The notes below the pieces were generated by a model that ran no database searches, was not told the DNA's origin, and saw only the letters and a list, made by a program, of their open reading frames with translations. Positions 26,747 to 39,175 of a stretch of 64,000 nucleotides of DNA are shown in pieces; positions within the stretch are counted from its first letter, which is position 1; each line of letters starts with the position of its first letter. The stretch covers positions 20,026,995 to 20,090,994 of the forward strand of contig OZ037765.1 of the NCBI GenBank assembly GCA_964035545.1. The letters run 5' to 3'. Source of the DNA: Bugula neritina. Lineage: Eukaryota > Animalia > Bryozoa. The position numbers and the translations under genes were made by a program.

Positions 26747-28479
26747 ATAAGATAAAACTCTATAGTTACTGAACAGGCCTAATAGAAAATCAGAAACATG
26801 CAGTAGCAGTTCAATGGTCCGCTTAGTTTTGAAAAAAGCTCTGAATATATTTCACTTTCATGTAAATTTTGTTCCAAAAACCTTCCCAGCCACTTTTTAA
26901 AAAAACTAAACTTAGTGCCGACCAAATTGTAAGAAGAGATTTTTTCAGGTTTGCGTTTTATTGTTTGACTACATGATGGCTAGCAAGCATCGTTGTTGAC
27001 ATAATCACAGTTCATTAAAACAACATATTTATATATAAATGTGTAAACAACTATTATTTTTTCCATTTTATGTTTTTTGATTGGATAAGAAATTTTTTGT
27101 GTGCAAACCCTGCTACACATTTTTTTCTAACTTCGTTCTTTGTCATGTTTTGCTTATAAATAATACAAATAAATCTACACTCAGCATTTATCTTACTGTA
27201 TTTAGGAATATCAACATACACAGCATGTACCAGTTATAATTACACAAAACTCAACACAGGCCTCATGTTTTTAATAGTAATTTACCAACTAGAGACTATT
27301 GGCGTAATTCATTTACTCCTCTTACTTAACATAATGCAATGATACTATATATTGTCTTTTGCACATCGAAACCATAACCTAAATATAAACAAAAACAATA
27401 TTGTTAAGATTGTATAAGACTATTATTCTAAACCTGAAAATGATGCTTATGAATTATTCACTCAGTAAAAAAGTTATAAAATGTGATCTTAGGTGAATTT
27501 GCAAGAATAAGAGCCTACATAGAAAACTTGGCAGTTAGGCCGAGTTAAAATTTATAGGCCTTCCTTGAAGAATGTTTCCATGCTTTAGATTAAACTTAGT
27601 AAAATTTGTTCTATAATATACTTAACTACATAAAAGTCAATTATATTCTTGTGATTACTTGGGCATATTAGATTGTAATAATAATTATGTATTGCTAACA
27701 ATAGCATTAGATTTAAAGACCATGGTAGCTAGACCCTGTTTCTGACAAAAATATTCAATAAATTTTGGTTTAAAAAGCTGTACACTGATGATGCTATATG
27801 CTTAAGTGAATGTTGTTTGCTTTATAACCATGTTCAAAATTTCATGCATAAGTATCAACTCAGATGATATGAATTAGATTGAAAGAAATGAACTGTTAAC
27901 CATATTTACGAAAAATCATGAAGGTACTAAAACTGCACCTTTAAAAAAAAATATGTTGATTATTCTTTACAAATTATTTTACAGTTATCTATATATCTGA
28001 GTGAACAATTAAAAAATGTTAAGATCGTTTGCCATTAAACAAATGTTTTGCGCTTAGACATTCAACACATGATAAACATCACTCTTCCTCCACTCTCCTC
28101 GTTGTATTGCGTTAGAACAGCTGACCATCAGTAAGTATCTTAGAGGTAGGTGTAGTAAAGGAGAAATTGAGAAAAGCCTGTGTTCTAGATTAAAAATGTA
28201 GCAAAAGAAGTTATGTTCTCGCAAAAATTTCAACTCATGTCCCAAACCAAAATTTAATAATAAAATTATAGAACTTAGGCTATCTTAGTTTCTCCACTGT
28301 TGCTATTATATAAGTGGTATCTTAATTTACATAGTCATAGTTCACTAAAACTCCATATGGTGGTTTACAAGCTGCGTAATGCATTTCATCATCAACTCTA
28401 TTTTAAGGTTGTTTTCTTAATGATAGGAATCCACATGCTGCTCGTCATCTTGACCATAAGCTTCTAGTCAAACTGTTCA

Positions 28480-28582
28480 AATATAGACTGATAAGATAAA
28501 GGAAGTGTTACCTTAACTCATATAGCATTCTGATCATTTAGTAACAAATACACAGGCTCATAGGTTCTTTTACGAGAACATT
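28480..28582 (+). promoter_or_regulatory. Conserved proximal promoter/5' UTR block of the esterase paralogs with tandem GATA sites
   Basis: TGATAAGATAAA followed by CCTTAACTCATATAGCAT and AACAAATA upstream of all four ATGs (about 13010-13021 on minus, 15192, 28489, 34778). Confidence 0.55.
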
Positions 28583-31500
28583 ATGGCCAAGTTACTGCTG
28601 TTGTTTGTGCTGACTACCATAATAGCGCCCAGTGTCTCTGCTGACCCTGTGGTTACATTAAGTCATGGTGGCCAACTTCGTGGTAAACAGTCTAATTATG
28701 GTTATGTTCCTGTAGATTTGTTTTTAGGTAAGTTTCATCATCTAATTGAAAGTGTGTTGACCTAACTTTCAACTCAACGAATTTTGTATTATTATAAACT
28801 TATGTACAATGAATGTTTCTTTAAGCAGCTCCGAATTAGGGGTGAATGAGAGCAGTAGTTTAAAGTTGGGGGCTCCGCTAAACTTTACCTCTAAACTCAA
28901 GAACCCCAAATTACTGCACTCAATCACCCCTAACTCGTAGCTGCTTATGGAACCATTCTTGCACAATATCATAATATACATCATTAGTGTCATATAATCA
29001 AAACGTATTTGCTGTCTGACTTTTCAGGTGACGTAACATTTGCTGGAGTTGTTTCATCTCACTACTCAATACTGAACTATAATGCTTACAGGTGTGAGAT
29101 ATGCTGCTCCTCCAGTTGGTAGTCTGAGATTCAAGAGACCAGCACCAGTGAATGTCTGGAAAGGAGTTAGAAATGCAACTTCTGTAGGCCAGCCCTGTGC
29201 ACAAAGAGAGCCTATATGTATATATGCATTTCATTTTATAAATGGCATCCATTTGGATAATAGTATAATGATTGCTTAAATATTTGCTACTAAAAAAACT
29301 CATGTTTCTTTAAAGTCCCCACTCTTGCGAAATTCCCTTATGATAAAAGTGAGAATTATGGTAAGAGTGAGAATCACCTAAGGTGAGAGCTTTTATGCTG
29401 GTTACGGACTGTGGCTCTCACTGAGTTGGCAACATGGTTTGAGAGAATTTCAACGTTGCATAACAGCATGTATGAACAGAAGCTGCTCTTGACAAACTAG
29501 CACTGGCTCTCACCTTGCATTAAACCTATGTTATAGCACATGCTAGACAGGTGCTCTAACTCTAAGCAATGACCGCCTCTTTAGTTATTTGCTACTAGAC
29601 AACCTAAAACGTTGATACTCACATTTCATTGATTGCTTCATTTTCTCACTTCAGTCAAAGCTTCAAGTGAAAACGAAGACTGCCTGTTCCTAGACATCAC
29701 TGTCCCTGGAGGTGTTGATGTGAATAAGAAGAAGCCTGTTATGGTTTGGATGCATGGTGGAGGTTATATATTTGGATCAAAGAATGGCTATGTTGGGGCA
29801 GCTTTGGCTGTTAAGGGTGATGTCATTGTAGTGGCTATTAATTACAGGCTGGCTATGCTTGGGTTTCTCTATGATGGTCCAGGTATGCAAGTCTCTAACT
29901 ATTTTTGTAGCATAACAAAAGTTATAGCCAGCTCTTTCTAGATTGTTATTGCCATTAATGCTTTTGCAATATTCTAAACTAAATTAATAGTGGCTATGTT
30001 TAGGCACTGGAAACTTTGGTCTGTGGGATCAAAGAGCTGCTATAATGTGGGTAAAAGAAAATATTGACAAGTTTGGTGGAGATCCAGAACTCATTACCAT
30101 ATTTGGAGAATCTGCAGGAGCCGGCAGTGTCTCAGCTCAGATGATGGGTCGTCATAATGGCGGACTATTTCAAAGAGCTATTCAAGAGGTAATCATACTT
30201 TATACGGTATACTTCAGTTTAAAAAATGAAAATGTGAGTGAAAATCTCTTCAGAGCTTTGGATAATTAATTTCTTAAATATAAAACATGAAGATGCAATA
30301 ATCTCAAAAACATGGACATCATTCATTTACATTTACAGTCAGGATCTCTGTATGCCACCTGGGGCTGGTTTAATTCAGAAAAAAAACTTTTTGATATCAG
30401 AGAATCCATAAGAAATCAGCACAACTGTTCAAATGATGAGTCTGTCTACAAGTGCTTAGAGAATAAAAGTGTAAATGAGTTACTGTCAACTGTGGTTACG
30501 GACAACCTATTAGTGAATCACTGGCATCCAGTTCCAGATGGTGACTTTTTCTTCCCCTTTGCTTCAAAAGAGGTCTACAACGCAACTAAACGGTAGGTAT
30601 ATTTAATATTGGCTGTTTTAAATCAACAGGCAAGATGTCAGCTATAATTTGCAGTCTTCTTTTTTTAAATTATTTGCGTAATTTTGTACTTGCAAAAGCT
30701 TTGTACTGTGTTTTCTCAGATTTGATTTGCTTGCTGGTGTCAATAAAGATGAAGGTTCTACTACAGTCATTGGATACATTGGTATATTAAACATGTCCGA
30801 CCCTGAAGCTGGTGTAAGCATTAAGCTTGCTTCCAAAATCTTGGAACTATACTGTGAAAGTTTGACACCATTGTCTGTCCAGCTGTGTGTAAAGTTTTTA
30901 ATAGACACATATGAGCTAGATCAGCTTGACAATGATATAGAAAGGGGACACAGAATTGGTGATATTTTTGGTACGTTTTTTAAAAACACTTCCTGGTAAA
31001 AACTCTATGTTAGTTTTGTGATCATAATTATCTCCAAAGTTTTTTTAGTAAAGTTTCATAATCAATCAAATGTTTAAGAAAGTTGTGACGCAATTTCATT
31101 ATTTATGAATGTATGTATTTGTCAATTTAGGTCTTAGAAAACTTAACATTATTTGATTTTATTTAAAAAATATACACATGTTTATTTCAGGAGAAGTATC
31201 ATTCAATGCTGACACTTTCAGGCAGCTGATTGAGCATAGCACTGGGACTAAGTCTACATATGCTTACTACTTCACTGAGGTTAACTCAAATTCCTTGTCG
31301 TTTGTACCTCTACCCTCTTGGCTTGGCAATAAATCTAACCATGGTGACGAAATACCATTTGTGTTTGGGTCACCATACAACAAGGAACATTCTCTGGAAA
31401 AAAGTATTTGCATTACTTCTACCCATTTTGTGCAAAAGTGGCTTTAATTTATAGCATAACAAACACATCTCTTATCAGCCAAATTATATAGGTGATTGGT

Positions 31501-33389
31501 TGAAAAGCTGCTACATGGTTGTATGTTCTCTATAGCATCATATTTCATATATAAGCAATTATAAATAAGTATACGAGAAACATTGTTGATTTATTACTTT
31601 ATTAGGCAAAGTAATTATACTGATATTTCGGACACCACTGTACCCATCTTCAGAGTAGCAATGAATGAAATTTTAAAATTTTTGAATTTTATTCATTGCT
31701 ACTCTGAAGATGGGTACAGTGGTGCCCGAAATATCAGTATAATTACTTTGCCTAATAAAGTAATAAATCAATAATATTTCTCATATACTTATTAATAATT
31801 AAATTGTTAGCTCGTAAAGATATATTTAAATATAAGTAATTGTATTTGACCCTTCTATCATGTTATGCCTGAACTCAATCTAAATGTCAACAACTTTAAA
31901 AAAAATTTAAGTGAAACATGAAGAAAACATAATGAAAAGCTAGCTCAGTATTCAATATACACACACTGTAAAAGCTCATCTATCAATTTTAGTGTACTTT
32001 GGAGACAATGTCCCAGCTGATGCTCAAATGCTTTTAAGCTTTTTCAATGGAGTTTCCGACAAAGACAAGCCCTTATCAGATGTAATAATGAAAACTTGGA
32101 CTAACTTTGCTAAATCTGGGTAATCATTGTAGTATTATACTTTTATGCAGTACTCTTATTTATTATTTTAAAAATCAAATAATTAAAAGTTTGGTTGTTG
32201 TCCTTGAACCTCTGTCAGTAAAATGAACCTAAAATATATATTAACCAACATAGTTTTGTTAACTTTTACTTAGTTTGTAGATGAGACAGTGTCATGGTCT
32301 CATCAAATTGACAACTATTTTACTCTGCTTCTAGAAATCCTAACCTACCAGTACCACTTCCTGTTGGTGCACCAACATGGCCACTGTTTAATGTCAGCGC
32401 TGACACAGTTATGGAGTTCAACAGCGCTGGACTCAAAGTAATAGCAACGCCTGAAAAAGATAGACTCCTCAACTTGACTGAAACACTGTTTGCTGCAAGA
32501 ACTGCTCAAGTCAATGCTGACAAAGCTCCCGGTATGTTTATTGTCTAGTACCTATTACATTATAAATGTTTGTTTTATAAATGCAGCGATATTTAAGTCT
32601 ATTTATTTTCAAATTAAAATTTGATCATATTTTCCAAAATCAGTGCTCTAGTATATACACTTGTACTGTAGCACCTCTTTACCCAACCAATATTTTTATT
32701 TTTCTTTAAATAGTCTTTAGGGAAGCATTTTGCTAAACACAGAAATATTATAATTGGGTCATTTTACTTAATTTAGTACACACTGGATATCTTCAGTTTG
32801 TGGCTATTTTTCACAATTTAGCTGGTAATGATCATGGTTTTTTGGCCAAAACTAGTAAAACACCAATAAATACACTTAAATAATCAAAGTTCTTTTTAAT
32901 TTTGCTTCATTTCCCATGTTTTTCCCTAATTATTCAGCTAGTTTTGGTTACAGACCGTTACGGTTTTTTCGTAACGGTCGCACATATAGAATATTAAGTG
33001 CATATGACAATGACCTGTGCTTTAATGTTGGGGAATCCCCTCCCAGCCTTTGCTGTTATGTGTAGTTAAAACCAGCACATAAAAATGCCATGTATAGTAA
33101 ATTTCAATTGATTTTGAGCAAACTTTAATGTTAGGTCATAAGTTGCTGGTGTGTACTAAATGAAGTAAACCGACTCAATTGAGTTATACATAAATATTGT
33201 TAGACCTTATAGTGAGTTGCTTTCAAACTTGTGAAACATATACTATTGGAATGCAAATAGAAACTTAAAAAAATGCAACTGGTGCTAACTTTCGTAATTA
33301 AGTTTGATATTAAAGATCATTTTTATATACTTTTAGTCACTTGTATTACGGCAAAGAAGGCAGTCACCAACGAAAATGTCTTTGGGTAG
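28583..33389 (+). CDS. Secreted carboxylesterase, paralog C
   Basis: Signal peptide, WMHGGGY, GESAG, NKDEG, NHGDE; exon phases consistent; ends [17 protein letters not shown]. Confidence 0.95.
28822..28948. mobile_element. Hairpin MITE (family of 4855-4995)
   Basis: TAAGCAGCTCCGA...GCAGTAGTTT / AAATTACTGC...TCGTAGCTGCTTA. Confidence 0.75.
31614..31662 (-). ncRNA. Minimal type I hammerhead ribozyme (antisense copy)
   Basis: Same motif on the minus strand; stem II GGGUAC/GUGUCC differs by a C>U change that keeps pairing as G-U. Confidence 0.72.
31695..31743 (+). ncRNA. Minimal type I hammerhead ribozyme (sense to esterase C)
   Basis: stem I UACU - CUGAAGA - U - stem II GGGUAC/agug/GUGCCC - GAAA-UA-UC - stem I' AGUA. 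Confidence 0.75.
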
Positions 33390-34873
33390 GCACTTGTGTC
33401 ATGAGGACTAGACACATAGCTGTCAGTGGTCAACCACTCATAACCAGATGATGTCAGTAGAGCTCGCAGCTTGCAGATACTTTAAATTTTGTTATTGGCT
33501 AGTCCAGTGTTCCTTCTTTTAAATCGCTAGTTGATACAATAAATTATATTAATGATGATGCTCATATTTGAAAATTCAATCAGAGTCAAGCTGTATGTAT
33601 GACAAGGTACATATTATAGTGGCATCTCTATTAGTAAAAATCATGCTCATTTGGGTGCTTTGATTCAAAGAACAATGAAACGTTGACAGTTTAAAGTTGA
33701 CCATTTTTTAAGGCTTTACTATTAGAAAATTATTTCAAAGTCAATGTTTTGCACCAAAAGTGTACCTAAAATAATGGGTTATTAGGCAACAGTCAATTAA
33801 GGAATAACTTTATTACCTGTGTTTTATTTTGTAAAATGGAGTGTACATTTAGATATCTATGTGCATCAGATACAGATAGTAAATATACATATGCATAATA
33901 TACACAATAAAGCAAAAAAATTAAATCAATATAATTGTTACTCCAAAATGTATAAGCAATCACAGCAAAAAATAAAGAGTAAGTCCCATAGTTATTTACA
34001 AATATTTATCTGTATCTATTAATGATATAATTGACAGAATGGTGTACAAAAATAAACATAACTTTGGATATATTTTCTCTACACAATATTAATATATGGT
34101 AGCTATTCCATATATAGCCAACAAGCTAAAAAGCATTAAGTTGTTAACCATCAGGGCTATCTCTCTAGTCAAGGTCTTGCCGCCTTCACAGCCTAAAAGT
34201 AGGTTGGTCTGCGGCTCTATGCAGGCTTTTAGTGACTATCAGTATTAATACATAGCTTTCAAAACCTACCAGGCTTAGCATTTAAAGTATATTGCAGTAT
34301 TGTTGCTAAAGCTCAGGTAATCCTGGTCTACTCACATCTGTCTTTATAGATTCTCTATGCTGGTAATTTTAAGGCCTAGACTGTAAAATCATTGATGACG
34401 CAACAAGGCTGTGATCAGTGTCACAGTCAGCGCTATGGCAAGTTCTTGTATTCAGTACTTCAATTAGGTAACTTTTGCTAATGTTCACAGCGTCCTACTG
34501 GTGGCAATCCTTGGCTTGAGGATGGCACCAGGACACTTTCATGTGATGCTTACCAAGAAGAAGATTATTTGTGATGCATAGATTGTTTTTACTGCAGAAC
34601 TTCATTAGCAGCCGACCATTTTCATTCATCTTGTCAAAACAAACTTACATATATTCACCTCCACCCTAGCATTCATGTCTTTTAGAACATTGCACTCAGA
34701 TAGTGATTGTCTTCTTATGTGTGATTTTCTTCATGACATAAGCTTCTAGTCAGCTGTCAAACTATTTAAATATAGAATGATAAGATAAAAGAAATGCTAC
34801 CTTAACTCATATAGCATTCTAATCATTTAATAACAAATACACAAGCTCATAGGTTGCTTTTCATAAGAACATT

Positions 34874-37800
34874 ATGATCAAGTTGCTGTTGCTGTTTGTG
34901 CTGACTACCATAATAGCACCCAGTATCTCTGCTGAGCCTGTGGTTACATTAAGTCATGGTGGCCAACTTCGTGGTAAACAGTTTAAATATGGCTATGTTC
35001 CTGTTGACTTGTTTCTGGGTAAGTGTCATTATTTTTCCCAAGTTTTTGGTAATATGTCGTAAATTTGGGGACTTATTTCTAGTACTATCGTGGGAAAGCC
35101 TAGTGGTTTTCATTTGCATTAGTTATTTTTCTTTGTGTTTGTTGATCCCTCGCAGGGTTCCTATTTTTGGTTGAGTCAAACACCCTTAACTAATTCAGAG
35201 TGTCCAACTCAGAGGTTCCGAATATCCGATTCAGGCTTGGCCATCCGATTCGGCCGATTCTGGCACCGATTCAGAAAGAGGGTGCCCGATTTGGGTGGTT
35301 CGGACGTCCGACAAACGATCTGATTTCCGAATTTGGACCTGTGGTGTAACAATTACTGCGGTTGTCTCATCTCACAACACAATACTGAACTAATGCTTAC
35401 AGGTGTGAGATATGCTGCTCCTCCAGTTGGCAGTCTGAGATTCAAGAGACCAGCACCAGTGGATGTCTGGACAGGAGTTAGAAATGCAACTTCTGTAGCG
35501 CAGCCCTGTGCTCAGAAAAATCCTTCATGTATGTAACTCTATTTAGACACATGCTATTTATGCAACCATGGTGTAGCAGTTAGCTAGAGTGCTAGCCTAG
35601 TAGCCATCAAGTCATTGGGTCAAGTCCCAAAATGGGTGTGATTCTAAGAAGATCATTCAGTCACAGTTGCTTCTGCAACACAATGGAAAAAATCCATAGC
35701 CAGTTTGAAAAGACATTTGGGTCAGGGGTTTTCACAGGCATGAAAATTTTAAACTCATGTGAGTTTTTGAATTTTATAAAAAAAATTTCCCATCAAGTCT
35801 TGTTGAAAATATTTTGTATCAAACAAGATGGTGAAATATCATTTGAATACTCAACTTCCATAAGTACTATTTATTTACAGTTGGGGCTTTAAGTGAAAAC
35901 GAAGACTGCCTGTTCTTAGACATTACTGTCCCTGGAGGTGTTGACATGAATAAGAAGATGCCTGTCATGGTTTGGATATATGGTGGTGGTTATGCTGTTG
36001 GAACAATGAATGGTTACTTAGGAACCACCTTAGCTGTTAAGGGTGATGTCATTGTAGTGACTATTAATTACAGGCTGGCTATGCTTGGGTTTCTCTACGA
36101 TGGTCCAGGTATAAGAGAGTCTTTAATCTAACAAAAACTATGATTCGAATTTAGTCATTCTCATTATAATTCCGGTAATCCTATTGCATTTCCCAAGCTA
36201 TTATTCTGTTTAGGCACTGGAAACTTTGGTTTGTGGGATCAAAGAGCTGCTATAATGTGGGTAAAAGAAAATATTGACAAGTTTGGTGGAGATCCAAAAC
36301 TCATTACCATATTTGGACAATCTGCAGGAGCTGGCAGTGTTTCAGCTCAAATGATGGGTCGTCATAATGGCGAGCTATTTCAAAGAGCTATTCAAGAGGT
36401 ATTCATATTGGTTAATCAAACTTTACTTTAAAGATTAAAGCAATGTTGAACATTAATTGATTCAATAAATATAAAAACATGGACATCATTTATCTATATT
36501 TACAGTCAGGATCTCTGTACACAGACTGGGGTTGGTTTAACTCAGAAAATAAACTTTTTGAAATCAGAGAATCTATAAGAAATCAGCATAACTGTTCAAA
36601 AGATGAGTCTGTCTACAAGTGCTTAGAGAATAAAAGTGTAGCTGAGTTACTGTCAACTGTGGTTACAGACAACCCATTAGTAAATCACTGGCATCCAGTT
36701 CCAGATGACGATTTCTTTCCAGGTTATGCACCACAAGAGGTCTACAATGCAACTAAACGGCAAGTATACTCTATAATAGGTTTTTATAATAATAAAAAAG
36801 AAAGAAGATGTTAGGCAAATATTAAAATAGCAACTATCCATGACTGTTTTCAGGGTCATTAGCCAACAGGATTATTAAAAAACAGTATACATGTAATTGA
36901 TTTATTTTCTAAAAGAGTAATTTATACATGACTTTTGATCACAGATCTCTAAGAGAGCAGCTGTGGTCTAGGGTTTAGACCGCTTGCGTAGTAAACACGG
37001 ATTCATGGGTTTGAACCCCAACAGAGGCCATTGGTGATAGTAAGAAGAGCATCCAGTCATAATTGCTCCTGTGCTTCATCTGAATAAGTCCTTAGCTCGA
37101 TTTAAAAACATCCTTTTCATCAGGGGTTTTTCACAGGGATGGTGGCTATAAACTTGCATGAGATTTTTTTACCGAAGATCTTTGTTTTTTGTCAGGTTTG
37201 ATTTGCTTGCTGGTGTCAATAAAGATGAAGGTGCTACTACAGTCGTTGGATATATTGGCATGTTAAACATGTCAGACCCTGAAGCTGGTGTAAGCATTAA
37301 GCTTGCTTCCAAAATGCTGGAACTATTTTGTGAAAGGTTGACACCACTGTCTGTCCAGCTGTGTGCAAAGTTTTTAATAGACGCATATAAGCTAAAGCAG
37401 CTTGACAATGATATAGAAAGAGCGCACAGAATTGGCAATGTTTTTGGTATGTTTTCTAAAAGTACTTCTTTAAACAGAATCTTTCTTGGTTTTGCAATTA
37501 TGACACCTTAAAATTTTCTTTGAAATGTTTAATAAGCAATTTAATTTTTAGGAGAACTGTAGCACAATTTAATTATTCATGAATGTATATGTTTTGTCAT
37601 TTTAAAATTTAGACAGCTACAATCTTTATTAATATCTAGTTCAAAAATTATAAATATTTATTTTAGGAGAAGTATCATTAAATGCTGACATATTCCGACA
37701 GCTGATAGAGCATAGCACTGGAACTAAGTCTACATATGCATTCTACTTCACTGAAATTGACTCAAATTCCTTGTCATTTGCATCTTTGCCCTCTTGGTTT

Positions 37801-39175
37801 GGCAATAAATCTAACCATGGTGATGAAATACCATTTGTGTTTGGGTCACCATACAACGAGGAACATTCTCTGGAAAAAAGTATTTGCATTACTTCTACCT
37901 ATTTTGGGGAAAATTGGTTTAAATTTATATCATAACAATCAGCCAATTCTTTACATCATATACCACATATTATATAAGCCTCTAATAATGTTTAATCTTG
38001 CATTATGTTATGATTAAAAAGTTATGTTGTACATAATATTTCATTAATTCAAATTCAATGCCAGTACTTTTTAAGGAAAAATTTAATACAGGTCTGCATG
38101 TGAGTAGATGTTTCATATACAACAAAATTAGATTAAGTAAAAAATAAAGCAAAATAATGAATTTTTAACTTGCAAAAATTGATATACTAATTTTAGTGTA
38201 CTTTGGAGACAATGCGCCAGTTGATGCTCAAGCAGTTTTAAATTTTCTCAATGGAGTCTCCAAGAAAGACAAGCCCTTATCTGATGTGATGATGAGAACT
38301 TGGACCAACTTTGCTAAATCTGGGTAATGGTTGTTGTATTAAATCTTTATGCAATACTCTTATGCATTAAATTCAAAATTATTATTATTGCTGCAATTTA
38401 AAGTGTTATTTTCTGTCTTTACGTTTCCATCTAAAAAAATAAAATCAATACATTAATCAATTTATTGGTTTAAGACATAAATTTTACATTTGTTCAAATA
38501 TTTCGTTTTATTTATTTGGCTTGTATAAATTTCGCATAGTTTTTAAGTGAGAGAATATCATGTTCTAGTCATATTGAAATTATTTGACTATGCTTTTAGA
38601 AATCCTAACTTACCAGTACCACTTCCTGTTGGTACACCAACATGGCCACTGTTTAACGTCAGCGCTGACACAGTTATGGAATTCAACAGCGCTGGACTCA
38701 AAGTAATCGCAACCCCTGAAAAAGATAGACTCCTCAACTTGACTGAAACACTGTTTGCTGCAAGAACTGCTCAAGTCAATGCTGACAAAGCTCCTGGTAT
38801 GTTTATTGTTGAGTATTTATTACATTATAAAGTAATTTAGCATCACATTGCAATGCATATGTAGATGTGATAGATAACATTATATAGCAACTTCTTTTAT
38901 TACATAGTTTAATTTTTAAAAGTATGCTTGCGATACTTTTATTTATTAGTTTTAAAAATTAAATCTTCAAGTATATTATTAAGCGTAAAAGCATGATTAT
39001 AGAGTGTTTAGAAACTGTTTAAAAATTTGAAAAGTAACATAATATAAAAAATTGGTTTGCAAATGTTACTTTTACTTCCACTTTTAGCATTGATCATACT
39101 TAATTGTTTCATAACATTTCAGTTTCATGCACTACTGGGACTAAGCCTGTCACCAATATAAATGTTATTGGATAA
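34874..39175 (+). CDS. Secreted carboxylesterase, paralog D
   Basis: Signal peptide, WIYGGGY, GQSAG, NKDEG, NHGDE; ends [17 protein letters not shown]. Confidence 0.95.
35196..35339. mobile_element. Probable short hAT-like MITE remnant
   Basis: Starts CAGAGTGTCCAA and ends TTGGACC; many CCGA(T) motifs; GC-rich island absent from the paralogous introns. Confidence 0.45.
35562..35745 (+). mobile_element. tRNA-derived SINE (related to 36953-37141)
   Basis: A box TGGTGTAGCAG, B box GGTCAAGTCCC, core AAGAAGA.CAT.CAGTCA, shared 3' CAGGGGTTTTCACAGG. Confidence 0.6.
36953..37141 (+). mobile_element. tRNA-derived SINE
   Basis: A box TGGTCTAGGG, B box GGTTTGAACCC, core AAGAAGAGCATCCAGTCATAATTGCTCC; related copies elsewhere in the window. 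Confidence 0.7.

Larger units (their letters stand above)
31564..31792. mobile_element. ~230-bp near-perfect palindrome, probably inverted Penelope-like pLTR remnants
   Basis: Arms 31564-~31672 and ~31685-31792 are reverse complements with few mismatches; each carries a minimal hammerhead motif; no such block in the equivalent intron of A, B or D. Confidence 0.75.

Noticed and set aside
32954-32979. Hairpin GACCGTTACG-tttttt-CGTAACGGTC-like motif as a terminator or Helitron end
   Set aside because: Bacterial terminators do not apply here, and no CTRR end or partner terminus was found.
6990-39175. Acetylcholinesterase or neuroligin call for the esterases
   Set aside because: The first disulfide loop is too short for the AChE choline-binding Trp; the catalytic Ser is present and there is no transmembrane tail, unlike neuroligin.
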